Assembly (NCBI GenBank): GCA_963667845.2
Contig: CAXXVL010000002.1
Coordinates: forward strand, 640,001 to 704,000
Direction of reading: 5' to 3'
Length of the DNA: 64,000 bases
Origin: Smithellaceae bacterium
GTDB taxonomy: Bacteria; Desulfobacterota; Syntrophia; Syntrophales; Smithellaceae
Shown: piece after piece, positions 9,932 to 19,782 of the stretch
How positions within the stretch are numbered: position 1 is the stretch's first letter
Layout of the letters: each line of letters begins with the position of its first letter
The notes under the pieces: generated by a model
Seen by the model: only the letters and a program-made list of their open reading frames with translations
The model's database searches: none
Told to the model about the DNA's origin: nothing
Position numbers and translations under genes: made by a program

Positions 9932-11014
9932 TCACTCATTATGGCCGTATACCTTATAACCTTTTTTCCTGACCAGCTCGTCACGCTCCGCCGTTTTGAG
10001 ATCCTCCCTGACCATTTCGGCAACCAACTCTTCAAAGGATATCTTCGGTACCCAACCGAGCTTTTCCCGGGCTTTGGTGGGATCACCCAAAAGGGTTTCT
10101 ACCTCTGTCGGGCGGAAATAACGGGGATCAACACGTACAATAGGCTTTTCCTGCCAGTAACCGACTTCATCGAGCCCCCCGCCTTCCCAGCGGATGGTCA
10201 TTCCCAGTTCACCGGCCCCCGCATTAATGAAGTCGCGAACGCTGTACTGCACTCCCGTAGCAATAACGAAGTCATCGGGTGCTTCCTGCTGCAGCATGAG
10301 CCACTGCATTTCCACATAATCGCGGGCATGCCCCCAGTCCCGTTTGGCATCAAGATTGCCCAGGTAGAGGGCGTCCTGCAGGCCAAGCTTAATGCGGGCA
10401 AGGGCGCGTGTGATTTTGCGCGTGACAAAGGTCTCTCCGCGAACCGGGGATTCGTGATTAAAGAGGATGCCGTTGCATGCGTAAATCCCGTAAGCCTCTC
10501 GATAGTTCACCGTAATCCAGTAGGCATATAGTTTCGCTACGGCATAGGGACTCCTGGGGTAAAAGGGCGTCGTTTCCTTTTGCGGAATCTCCTGCACCTT
10601 GCCGAAAAGTTCGGAAGTGGACGCCTGATAGAACCGGGCGGTCTTCTCCATGCCTAAAATGCGCAACCCTTCGAGAATACGCAATGTGCCCACCGCATCA
10701 GAGTTGGCCGTGTATTCCGGTTCTTCAAAAGACACCGCCACATGGGATTGCGCGGCGAGATTGTATATCTCCATCGGTTTTACCTGCTGAATGATCCGAA
10801 TCAGGTTCGATGAATCCGTAAGATCCCCGTGATGGAGGATGAAGCGGCGATCCCCCATATGGGGATCCTGATAGAGGTGGTCGATCCGGTCCGTATTGAA
10901 AAGGGACGAACGGCGTTTGATCCCATGGACCTCATAGCCTTTTTCGAGAAGAAATTCTGCCAGGTAAGATCCATCCTGGCCTGTGATGCCGGTAATTAGT
11001 GCGACTTTGTTCAC
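9932..11014 (-). CDS. gmd: GDP-mannose 4,6-dehydratase
   Basis: [52 protein letters not shown]. Confidence 0.97.
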   Translation of the reverse strand: MNKVALITGITGQDGSYLAEFLLEKGYEVHGIKRRSSLFNTDRIDHLYQDPHMGDRRFILHHGDLTDSSNLIRIIQQVKPMEIYNLAAQSHVAVSFEEPEYTANSDAVGTLRILEGLRILGMEKTARFYQASTSELFGKVQEIPQKETTPFYPRSPYAVAKLYAYWITVNYREAYGIYACNGILFNHESPVRGETFVTRKITRALARIKLGLQDALYLGNLDAKRDWGHARDYVEMQWLMLQQEAPDDFVIATGVQYSVRDFINAGAGELGMTIRWEGGGLDEVGYWQEKPIVRVDPRYFRPTEVETLLGDPTKAREKLGWVPKISFEELVAEMVREDLKTAERDELVRKKGYKVYGHNE

Positions 11015-11113
11015 GTTATACTCCTTTAGAATAGTTCTATGTTCTATGTTGAATTTATAGCACCGCTCTCTGGATTACAAGTGCACTTCTTCAGAAAAAA
11101 TTTGCCTCATTTA

Positions 11114-11995
11114 TCATGGCAGATCTTCCGAGCCTGGTTGAAACAGTCGTGGTTGAAAATTCAAGTCACGCCCCGCATCGGCATGATCAAAAACCAGATC
11201 CGTGTTCATCCGCTCGGCCATTTGCGATGTCAGATGACGATAGCGGGGAAACAAGCGAAGCATCGCAGCCGCCAGACCAAAGAACCAAAGCGGCACATGA
11301 ATCAGCCTTGGTCGACGGCCAAGGGTTGTAAACAAGCGATTGATCATCTCCCGGTAACGGAGTGTCTCGCCGCCTGAAAGATTATACGCCCGATTCACAA
11401 CGTCTGTTTTTTCCAGCGCGGACAGGCAGGCCATCGCGACATCTTCGGCATGAACAGGCTGTCGAAGGCCATCGCCTTTCCCCAGCAGTGGGAAGAAACC
11501 AAGGCGGCGGATCATACGTACAATTTCTGAAATATTTTTATCAATTCCCCGCCCGTAAATCAAAGTCGGCCTCAGGACAACCCATTCAACACCAGTGTCT
11601 GCCGACCATTGCTCAAGACGGGTTTCCGCACCGGACAATTTCAGAGCCGTTGATTTTTCTTCAGCGGAACCTGAATGGCTCTTGGTAAAAATGCTGGTTG
11701 AGGACACCGCGACAATCCGCCTCGCGCCTTGCTTTTCCAGTATCGGAAAGTAATCCGGCAATACACAGATGGATGCAACACAAATCCAGAAACCAATTTG
11801 ATCACTATCGCCCGCGGGACCATGGAGATCATCGGGAGATTTTGGAATCTGGACCCACTGGATGTCCGGATCAGTACCGTTTACCTTATGTCGGGAAAAC
11901 GCCCTGACCGACCAACCGTTTTTTTTCAGCAGCGGCAAGAGACACAGACCAACAAGACTTGTGGCTCCAATTACGCCAACCTGTTTTTTACTCAT
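11114..11995 (-). CDS. NAD-dependent epimerase/dehydratase family protein (atypical SDR)
   Basis: VIGATSLVG, VSSTS, LRPTLIYG, RQPVHAEDVA; likely start MSKKQVG at 11995. Confidence 0.8.
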   Translation of the reverse strand: MSKKQVGVIGATSLVGLCLLPLLKKNGWSVRAFSRHKVNGTDPDIQWVQIPKSPDDLHGPAGDSDQIGFWICVASICVLPDYFPILEKQGARRIVAVSSTSIFTKSHSGSAEEKSTALKLSGAETRLEQWSADTGVEWVVLRPTLIYGRGIDKNISEIVRMIRRLGFFPLLGKGDGLRQPVHAEDVAMACLSALEKTDVVNRAYNLSGGETLRYREMINRLFTTLGRRPRLIHVPLWFFGLAAAMLRLFPRYRHLTSQMAERMNTDLVFDHADAGRDLNFQPRLFQPGSEDLP

Positions 11996-12016
11996 CCCTA
12001 TACTAATCATCCACAC

Positions 12017-12892
12017 TTATTTGCGAATAAATTGCGAGGCTGCCAACACTCCAAAACGCATCCACACTCCCAGCGCCACAATCCACATCAACATCCCCGG
12101 GTATTGATGCCGGAAGAACTTCTGGTAGAACCGAATCATACCCTTGTGTTTGTGCCATTCCACCAATAAGGGATGCCCTTTACTGCACACCCCTTTATAG
12201 TGAACAACACAGGCACCGGGCACAAACATTATTTTCCACTTTCCGCGGCGAAAGCGTATGCACCAATCCAGATCTTCACAGTGTACAAAATAACCTTCAT
12301 CCAGCAGACCAATATCCTTTATAGCCTCTCGTCGCACCAGCATAAAAGAGCCTGAAATAGCTTCAACTTCCATGGGACTATCCGGCAGAGGTTGCCGATG
12401 GAGCGAAAAATCAGAAAAGAAACGCGGGTATATTTCACCAAGTTTTGACAAACCGAAAGCGCGGACAAATGCGCGCCATGGCGTCGGTACGGCTCTTCTT
12501 CCCCCTGGCTGTTCCGTTCCATCCGGATTCAGCAGCAGCGGTCCGGCCATTCCCGTTTCCGGCGATGACGTCATAAACGCCAACAGCGTCTCCAAAGCTT
12601 TTTCTTCCATCAGACAATCCGGATTCAGAAAAAGCAGATATTCGCTTTCATCGGCAGCAGCCACCCCGATATTACAGGCTTTCGCAAAACCGAGATTCTC
12701 TTTATTACGAATGCATGTCAGGCGTGATTGCGAAACAGCTATCCGCTCCGCCTCATCCATGCTTTGATCTGTCGAATGATTATCGACAACGATTACTTTA
12801 TGCACTGCCTCTGAACACAAAACAGAGTTGACGACCTGTTTCAAAAAAGGACCAGCGTCGTAATTGACAATGATAGCGCAAGCGCTCGGCAT
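12017..12892 (-). CDS. GT2 glycosyltransferase (WbbL-like)
   Basis: IIVNY, VVDNHS, NLGFAKACN, LNPD, SGSFMLVR, EDLDWC. Confidence 0.88.
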   Translation of the reverse strand: MPSACAIIVNYDAGPFLKQVVNSVLCSEAVHKVIVVDNHSTDQSMDEAERIAVSQSRLTCIRNKENLGFAKACNIGVAAADESEYLLFLNPDCLMEEKALETLLAFMTSSPETGMAGPLLLNPDGTEQPGGRRAVPTPWRAFVRAFGLSKLGEIYPRFFSDFSLHRQPLPDSPMEVEAISGSFMLVRREAIKDIGLLDEGYFVHCEDLDWCIRFRRGKWKIMFVPGACVVHYKGVCSKGHPLLVEWHKHKGMIRFYQKFFRHQYPGMLMWIVALGVWMRFGVLAASQFIRK

Positions 12893-12986
12893 TTTAGAAC
12901 CATCTCTTCCGAAGTTGCTTTAATCCAGGTAAGAACCGCTTATCCAATATAAAATGAACAGGCAATGACATGCATCACCAATCTTA

Positions 12987-13904
12987 CTATTTTCTGTGCG
13001 TTCCAAGTTCACCCAATTGCCCTTTTATCCCGTGCCAAATTCCTTTTGTCATCATTTTCAAGTAGTCCAGCCGCGGCGAAATAAAACCGCAATAGACGAT
13101 AAAGCGAATAAGCATGGTGCGAATGAATAAGAATTTCCATCCTGAGGAAACATAGCTTTTTCTAAGCAGCCATACTGCATTACGAAAAATATAGTAATGG
13201 CGCAGCGGGCCGTGATGCAGAAACTTCTTCCCCAGAATAATTCCGGGATTCTCTCCCATTGAATGGTACAGCACAGCGCCGCACACCCCGAATAATCGAT
13301 AGCCGTAAGACCTGACCCGAAAACACCATTCGAAATCGACTTGATCAATAAATAATTCATCTAAAGGACCGCCAACTTCACTCAGGACAGACAAGGGAAT
13401 CAACGATCCTGATGATATAAGCACATCTGATTCGATAAGGTGATCCTCCGGCCGGCAAAAGTGTTTGACAACTTTTAAGCCCGAAACACTAATAAATGAA
13501 GGACGATCCATATTCCGTTCATCCTGGTAACGAGGTCCGACAGCTGCCACTTTGATGCCCTTGCCCTCTATTTTCAAGAGATTAGACATCAACCGAAAGA
13601 CCATATCAGGTGCGGGCATACTGTCCTGATCAAATAAAACAACATGAGTCTTACCCATCCGCCTCGCCCACTCCATTCCTGTATTATGGGCCGCTGCGAC
13701 ACCGAGGTTGCTGCCGAGGCAAATCAGGTATTCATTATCTTTCCTTCGCGATTCTATGAACTTTTGTAAATACTCACCTGAACCATTGTCCACGAGTACA
13801 ATTGAGTCAATTTGTTCACCCAATGCATTCAACAGCTTTTGCAGGACAACGACTTTCGGATGATAGGTTACTACAATCGCTGAAACATTGTCGACCTTAT
13901 TCAT
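12987..13904 (-). CDS. GT2 rhamnosyltransferase-like protein
   Basis: VVTYHP, VDNGS, NLGVAAAHN, FDQDS, LISSGSL, FIDQVDFEWCFR, RHYYIFRN. Confidence 0.88.
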   Translation of the reverse strand: MNKVDNVSAIVVTYHPKVVVLQKLLNALGEQIDSIVLVDNGSGEYLQKFIESRRKDNEYLICLGSNLGVAAAHNTGMEWARRMGKTHVVLFDQDSMPAPDMVFRLMSNLLKIEGKGIKVAAVGPRYQDERNMDRPSFISVSGLKVVKHFCRPEDHLIESDVLISSGSLIPLSVLSEVGGPLDELFIDQVDFEWCFRVRSYGYRLFGVCGAVLYHSMGENPGIILGKKFLHHGPLRHYYIFRNAVWLLRKSYVSSGWKFLFIRTMLIRFIVYCGFISPRLDYLKMMTKGIWHGIKGQLGELGTHRK

Positions 13905-13965
13905 AGGTATTCTTATCTATAATGAAACCAATCTGATATATTTTTACCTGCTGCGCCATACACCC

Positions 13966-14823
13966 TCAGACAACGGCAGAACCAGCAGGCCTAAGCACGA
14001 AGAGATGGGAATGAGCCGAGAAGTCCAGTATCCCGCAGCGTGGAACATGCCTCGGCACCTGCGTTGCCGTGAATCCGGCCTTTGAAAATTGGGCCAGAAG
14101 GTCACTCTCGGCAAAGCACCGCATCTCCAACACGAGTCCATCACCGCCGTGAAAAACGAGATCACGGAACTCCTGCCTTCTTCCATCCCGGGTCATGTTG
14201 ATGAGAATCGGGCCTTTCTCATCATTTTCGATGCGGAAGTCATACAATTCCGGATAGCGCTCTTCAGTTGCTGAAATCGGCAGATAGGGAACTGAAAAAA
14301 TCGCAAAGCCATCAGGCTTAAGCAAGGCTCGCAGGCCGGTGAAGGCCTGCTCAACCGGGGGCAAGACATGCTCGAAGACATCGCTGGCAATCACGAAATC
14401 AAAGCGGCCAACCCAGTCATCGGGCACTGCCGTGATGTCCAGATGGGGATCTTGATGATAAAAAGTATTGCGGTAGTTGAAGGTCGACGCTAACCATAAC
14501 GCGTATCCGGACCAACCGGAAAGGTCGCAACCGAAAATGTCCAACTGCCTGGGAAAGCTTAGCAGGGATATATCTTTTCCGAACAGCTCATAAGACAACG
14601 CGTGCACGATCTGCCGAACACGGGAGGTAGACCCGCAATGGGAACAGGATGGAAAATCGCGATAGACCGCCCGGCGCAGCAATGTTGTGGTGATACGACC
14701 GCAGATATTGCAGCGGAATAAAAACGGCCATGGTGCGAATGTGATAGTACGTGCACGCAAGCGGCTGGCAACGGTCGGTTGATGCATGGCCAGCACTTTT
14801 CTATAAATGGACTCATCTATCAT
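13966..14823 (-). CDS. Class I SAM-dependent methyltransferase-like protein with N-terminal CxxC...CxxC
   Basis: CNICG/CSHCGS, FDFVIASDVFEHV, LLKPDG. Confidence 0.75.
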   Translation of the reverse strand: MIDESIYRKVLAMHQPTVASRLRARTITFAPWPFLFRCNICGRITTTLLRRAVYRDFPSCSHCGSTSRVRQIVHALSYELFGKDISLLSFPRQLDIFGCDLSGWSGYALWLASTFNYRNTFYHQDPHLDITAVPDDWVGRFDFVIASDVFEHVLPPVEQAFTGLRALLKPDGFAIFSVPYLPISATEERYPELYDFRIENDEKGPILINMTRDGRRQEFRDLVFHGGDGLVLEMRCFAESDLLAQFSKAGFTATQVPRHVPRCGILDFSAHSHLFVLRPAGSAVV

Positions 14824-15067
14824 TGTCTCTTATCCACCATCGTCTGCGTCAGCGTCTCCTTTTCTGCAAGCCATCCCCTGCTGACTAAAAACAGCAAAGG
14901 GATTCCTTGATACATCCGCTTATTCCAATCAGTCCCTCAAATTTGTATATTTCATGGTGCTGCGAAGCGGCGTCTCCCTGTCCGAAATGTTCCTTGCCAT
15001 CTTCAGATTCAATGAGTTGAACCGATCCGCAATGGAATCCGCCTCATTAACGACCGCTATCTGCCGA

Positions 15068-15943
15068 TTATTTTTTTTTCGCAAAGTCATAGATCGAAAG
15101 ATCACAAGACACATCAGCCAGGGCTTTCATTTCCTCCTCAATTTCCATGAGCATCGTAAGCCTGTCGCGGCTTACGACTTGCGCCGAAGATTTGGACAGG
15201 CTTATGAAAAATTCAAAGCCTGCCGTCTCAAAGCTGCCGATTTCCGACAAATGATGATAATTTAATTCCCGAAGATCCTGCACAAGCAGTGCAAATGATT
15301 TTGGCGTAAATATCCAGCGGTGACAATCTGAATACGACGTTTTTTTAACGACTTCCTCCATTTCATTTCTCATCAAACCCAAATCAGCATGATGAAGATT
15401 TAGCGGTTCGGTGTGTGCTGAATCCCATCCAAGAATATTATCACCCCTGACTACTCCATAACAGAGATGATCAAGCAGGGTACCCGGGGAATGAATTTTT
15501 TCCTTCTTTAAATATGCATCCAAAACCATCCCTACCGTGGATAAGGGTCTAAATCTGTCAAAACAAAAACGCTTATCGGGTATGACCAGAGAAAGCACTC
15601 CGTTAGGCTTTAAAAGGGTCTCACAATCCCGAATAAACCCTATGAGGTCCGTTGTATGTTCTATAAAATGCGAGGCAATGATATAATCAAACGCATTTTT
15701 TTCACCAATAAGTTCGGTTAATGATTCACCTGACCAGATGTAATCCACTTCTTCTATTCTAGCCAGCAAGTCAGCGGACAAATGCGTGCGATACTTTTGG
15801 ACAAGACCTTCATGATTCAAATGATCAACAGTCTTTATTTTTGCACCTGACGATTTGGGCAAAATCGGATTGTAGGAAGGTCCAATCTCCAGTCCAGCAC
15901 CCTTTATATTGATGTAGGACAAGGCTTTTTCTCTGCGATTCAT
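15068..15943 (-). CDS. Class I SAM-dependent methyltransferase
   Basis: GLEIGPS, FDYIIASHFIEH, LKPNGVL..PDKRFCFD; likely start MNRREK at 15943. Confidence 0.8.
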   Translation of the reverse strand: MNRREKALSYINIKGAGLEIGPSYNPILPKSSGAKIKTVDHLNHEGLVQKYRTHLSADLLARIEEVDYIWSGESLTELIGEKNAFDYIIASHFIEHTTDLIGFIRDCETLLKPNGVLSLVIPDKRFCFDRFRPLSTVGMVLDAYLKKEKIHSPGTLLDHLCYGVVRGDNILGWDSAHTEPLNLHHADLGLMRNEMEEVVKKTSYSDCHRWIFTPKSFALLVQDLRELNYHHLSEIGSFETAGFEFFISLSKSSAQVVSRDRLTMLMEIEEEMKALADVSCDLSIYDFAKKK

Positions 15944-16099
15944 GAGTATAGTCTCTCGAAACACGATGCATTGGCCAACTTGTTATATCTCACCGCTAAT
16001 GCCGATGCGAACCGGCTGTATCGACAGAGGAAGAACCTGTGCCGATCATGATCAAGCGCTTTTGTCGCTTTACATAAAGTCTTTGTCACTCTACGCGGA

Positions 16100-18094
16100 T
16101 CAACGTTCTCTAAAAAAATTCAGAACCTTTATGGGCAGAATCACCATAGGCATCGTGTACTTCAACGGCAGCAGGAATATGAAGCCGAACAGGAGCCGAT
16201 GGATTTTGGGCAGATACGGCAGAATCTCCCGCGCACCATTGATACCGCTCCTATATAATTCGTTGCCGGCTTCGTATTGTTCCAGGGCTCTGAAGATAAA
16301 TTCCCGAAAAAAACGCAAGGAGATTCTCCTTTCCCTGATTCGGTTGGCACCGTTGTCCGTATAGTTGCTAAGGAGTTTTCTCCAGTAGTATGAGCGGCTC
16401 CTCACCATCCGGCTTGAAAAGCTGTAGTTGGCGCCATGGAATCTCCAGCGCAGAGTCGACACGGGCAGGTAGAAGATTCTGCTACTTTCAAACAACCTCA
16501 GGAACAGGTCGTCGTCCTCATATCCGGACAGATTTTCATCGAACCCCCCAACCTTTGCGAAGACCTCTTTCTTGAGCGTCATCAATCCGGGCATGACAAA
16601 AACGTCTCTAAACAAGATATCTTCGATGTCCTTTTTCGGATGCGGCCACCCGGCAAAGAGATTTTGATGGATTTGGCGATGAATGACGTTTCCCTCGCTG
16701 TCGATGGTATCAGCATCCGTGTACAGCACGTCGATGGATTTATCTGCCAGCCATGGGACAATTTTTTCCAATTTGTCGGTATACCATTCATCATCTTGAT
16801 CAATGAATGCGATGTATTCGCCGCTGCAGCATTTCGCGCCAGAATTCCTGGCGCTCGATTGCCCACCATTTTTTCTGTTGAGATAACGCGCGCGGAGATC
16901 AGACCGCGTTGATAAGAAATCATTGCAGACCTGACGAGTGTCATCGGTCGAGCCATCGTCAACGATAATCAACTCTATGTTCTTGTAAGACTGATTGGCG
17001 ACGCTTTCCAATGCGCAGAGGAAGTGTTTTTTCCCGCTTCGACATGCATTATAGGCGGGCATCACCACTGAAATGAGTGGGTTGTCGACGTTTACGCCAG
17101 GCATTGATAGCTCTTCTCCCGCGAACCCTTGCGATATTTCCGGCTCCCCATCGGGCCAATACATTATACCCAAAAGACAAGCTATTCTCCTTCGCAAACC
17201 CATGTGACGGAATCTTTTTAACGGTTGTCCAATAATACGCAGCGGCCATGTCATGCGCCAACTCATGGATTTATGAAGTGCGTTGATCTGAGCATCGCGG
17301 TCAGCCAAGGCTTTATGGAGGCTGCCAATCTGCGCGTCATGTTCTGTTAAGATTCGCGTGAGCCTGGCCGCCTCTTCTTTCAATTCATTTGACTTAAACC
17401 GTTCCCATTGCCTTGAGCCAAGGGCAACAAAATAGCGGATCAGTTTTTGTTTTTCATCCGCAGTGGTTTGAAGCCATTCCAGTTCCTTATCATCTGGAGC
17501 ATTGTTGAGCTGCAACACGCCAAGCCCGAAAGAATTTAAAAACTCTATATTTTTCGGATAACGTGCCTGCAATTCTTTCCAGAATTTCCCAACACCAAAG
17601 TTGCGCTCATGAACATTGGTGTCGTGAAAGATGACAACGGCACCCGGCGCTAATTTTGGCAGCCAGGTATCAAAATCATGTCTCACCTCTTCATAGGTGT
17701 GCATCCCGTCAATATGCAGCAGGTTAATGGATTCATCCGCAAAACAAGCAACAGCATCATCAAACGCCATCCGCAATAACCGGGAAAACCCTGCATAATA
17801 TTCCTCGTTATGCTTGTTTACCCGGGTGAAAATGTCTTCACCGTAACGGCCCGCATGTTCATCGCCCAGCCATGTATCCACTGCATGGCATTTGGTCAAA
17901 AGACCAGCCTCAACAACCGCCTGGCAGAAAGTAAAATACGAATTCCCGCTATGTGTGCCCAGTTCCACAAATATTTTGGGTGCGATTTCTCGAATGACCC
18001 ATGCGGCAAACGGGAGGTGCCCTACCCAAGTGCCGGGGGACTGGAGAGATCTTGGGACAAATGATGCTGCCGCAATCAAATTGTTTTGATCCAT
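16100..18094 (-). CDS. Methyltransferase (Methyltransf_24) - coiled coil - GT2 fusion (WsaE-like architecture)
   Basis: N-terminal VELGTHSGNS, HIDGMHTYE, FHDT; coiled coil; C-terminal ISVVMPAYN, DDGSTD, FIDQDD, EDDDL. Confidence 0.85.
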   Translation of the reverse strand: MDQNNLIAAASFVPRSLQSPGTWVGHLPFAAWVIREIAPKIFVELGTHSGNSYFTFCQAVVEAGLLTKCHAVDTWLGDEHAGRYGEDIFTRVNKHNEEYYAGFSRLLRMAFDDAVACFADESINLLHIDGMHTYEEVRHDFDTWLPKLAPGAVVIFHDTNVHERNFGVGKFWKELQARYPKNIEFLNSFGLGVLQLNNAPDDKELEWLQTTADEKQKLIRYFVALGSRQWERFKSNELKEEAARLTRILTEHDAQIGSLHKALADRDAQINALHKSMSWRMTWPLRIIGQPLKRFRHMGLRRRIACLLGIMYWPDGEPEISQGFAGEELSMPGVNVDNPLISVVMPAYNACRSGKKHFLCALESVANQSYKNIELIIVDDGSTDDTRQVCNDFLSTRSDLRARYLNRKNGGQSSARNSGAKCCSGEYIAFIDQDDEWYTDKLEKIVPWLADKSIDVLYTDADTIDSEGNVIHRQIHQNLFAGWPHPKKDIEDILFRDVFVMPGLMTLKKEVFAKVGGFDENLSGYEDDDLFLRLFESSRIFYLPVSTLRWRFHGANYSFSSRMVRSRSYYWRKLLSNYTDNGANRIRERRISLRFFREFIFRALEQYEAGNELYRSGINGAREILPYLPKIHRLLFGFIFLLPLKYTMPMVILPIKVLNFFRER
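17267..17350. repeat. Two degenerate 42-bp tandem units (14-aa coiled-coil repeat)
   Basis: Encodes LTEHDAQIGSLHKA / LADRDAQINALHKS. Confidence 0.6.
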
Positions 18095-18154
18095 GCCGTT
18101 ATTTCAAACGTCCGAGGAACAAATTTAGTAAAATACGCGCCGTATCAATAAAAT

Positions 18155-18763
18155 TCATTTCATGCCTGTACGAATCGTCCAATGCCTGAACCATCGCTTA
18201 AGACTGCTCTTCTTATTGCACCAAACTCCTTTATCCGGTTTGCGGCAAACCAGCATTGAATCGTGCCATAAATCGCTTCCATCGGCATAGCCAAAGTCTT
18301 GCCACTGCGTCACCGCTTCAAGCACTTCCATTTGAGCGTAATGCGCAAGCGAAATCAGTCCGTCGGGATAATAACGCCAACAGTCCAATGGATAACGATG
18401 CTCCGGTCCACTCGAAGGGGCCAGAATGCAACACATACCGCCCGGTTTGAGCACGCGTGCCACCTCCAGGATCGTTATCCAGAAATATTCAATATGCTCC
18501 AATGCCTGTCCTGAAATTACAACATCGGCAGATTCACCGGAAATCTTACTCCAAACATATGGCGTGTGCAGTACAATATCAACGTTATTACCGGCAACCA
18601 TGTCCAATCCGGTGTATTCCCAAGGCCATTTCGAAAATAACGGGCGGTAACTCCCGTTCACATCCTGAGAGCCCAAATCCAATATTCGAAGCGGTTGGCT
18701 TTGTTTTGCAGTTAGATATCGATCACGAAATGCGGTCATTTTATCAATCGAACTTTGGTGCAT
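18155..18763 (-). CDS. Class I SAM-dependent methyltransferase (type 11)
   Basis: ILDLGSQDVNG, DVVISGQALEH, VLKPGG, HRYPLDCWR. Confidence 0.85.
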   Translation of the reverse strand: MHQSSIDKMTAFRDRYLTAKQSQPLRILDLGSQDVNGSYRPLFSKWPWEYTGLDMVAGNNVDIVLHTPYVWSKISGESADVVISGQALEHIEYFWITILEVARVLKPGGMCCILAPSSGPEHRYPLDCWRYYPDGLISLAHYAQMEVLEAVTQWQDFGYADGSDLWHDSMLVCRKPDKGVWCNKKSSLKRWFRHWTIRTGMK

Positions 18764-18764
18764 G

Positions 18765-19394
18765 TTATTTTTCTCTTTTCAGGTAACCTTTGGGGTTCCA
18801 TGTTATAAGAAAAGCCTCTTTTGCTCTGTCGATGATGAAATTTCCATTGTTTTCCACGAAGTCCGAAATAGCTTCATAGGGCCCAGGGCTTGGACCTATA
18901 TTTAGGCCGTGATGACAGATGCCATCTTCGACGATCAGATAATTCCCTATCGTTACAAGTTGTGAATATTTCTTCAAGACGTTGAGTGTATTTTGATATT
19001 CATGAGAGCTGTCTTCGATCACCATGACGGATGCATGGCCGCTGCACATTGCGGCTACTTCATCAAAAACTTCACAGGCGTCGCCGGTAACAAACGATAT
19101 CCGTGGATGATTCTTGACGGTTTGATTAAGTCGAGAATGATCAATATCTACAGCAATAATACGACCCTTGTTCAGATGGTCACATAAATGCGCCAGGGAG
19201 AGGGCGCTGCCTCCGCAGTAGCTGCCAATTTCTACAATCACATCCGGTTTCGAAGCAAAGATTATTTCTTGATATATCCAAAAATCCAGGGGACTGCGCT
19301 GACACGGGATTCCAAAGTAGGTCGAGTCCGTTAAAATCCTTCTTTGAATTATGTCAATAACTTCACAAAGAGGCTTGGAAAGGGCTTCCTCCAT
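18765..19394 (-). CDS. CmcI/rhamnosyl O-methyltransferase family protein
   Basis: PLDFWIYQEII, PDVIVEIG..GGS, VIEDSSH, YLIVED, TWNPKGYLKR; the conserved part begins near MEEALSK (19394). Confidence 0.85.
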   Translation of the reverse strand: MEEALSKPLCEVIDIIQRRILTDSTYFGIPCQRSPLDFWIYQEIIFASKPDVIVEIGSYCGGSALSLAHLCDHLNKGRIIAVDIDHSRLNQTVKNHPRISFVTGDACEVFDEVAAMCSGHASVMVIEDSSHEYQNTLNVLKKYSQLVTIGNYLIVEDGICHHGLNIGPSPGPYEAISDFVENNGNFIIDRAKEAFLITWNPKGYLKREK

Positions 19395-19636
19395 GCAGAC
19401 CCTGCCGTTGCCGTTAGCTAAATTGGTTCTATCGCGTCCTCCCAATTGGTATGTTCCCTTCTTCATAGGCGCGGCAAATCCCCGTCTCATAAACACCACT
19501 CGTTTGCCGTTTTGGCGTAACTCCATATGTTCATCAAAGCGCCGCGCTCAGAGCCGGACGGTTAGGTTGCAGATTGCTGCAACTGGTGTAGTGCGTCCAG
19601 CGTTTTTGCATGATCATAAATATCGTAAGTCCGCAG

Positions 19637-19664
19637 AGAACAAGGGGTTGCAACCCCTTGTTCT
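19637..19664. repeat. Perfect 28-bp palindrome AGAACAAGGGGTTGCAACCCCTTGTTCT
   Basis: Read directly from the sequence; intergenic. Confidence 0.85.
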
Positions 19665-19782
19665 GATGTATCCGCTCTGAACGAGCGTCAAGGAATTTAC
19701 GACGCACTGGTTCCGGCGAATGCGTTGCTTTTACCAAAATGCTTTATTCTTCATGCTTCCGCACAGATGTCCTTTAAGGGCG

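Noticed and set aside
19400..19570. Integron attC site, or the N-terminal extension of the CmcI ORF to 19526
   Set aside because: GTTRRRY-like heptamers occur but lack convincing dyad symmetry, and there is no integrase. The extension shows no family-like sequence.
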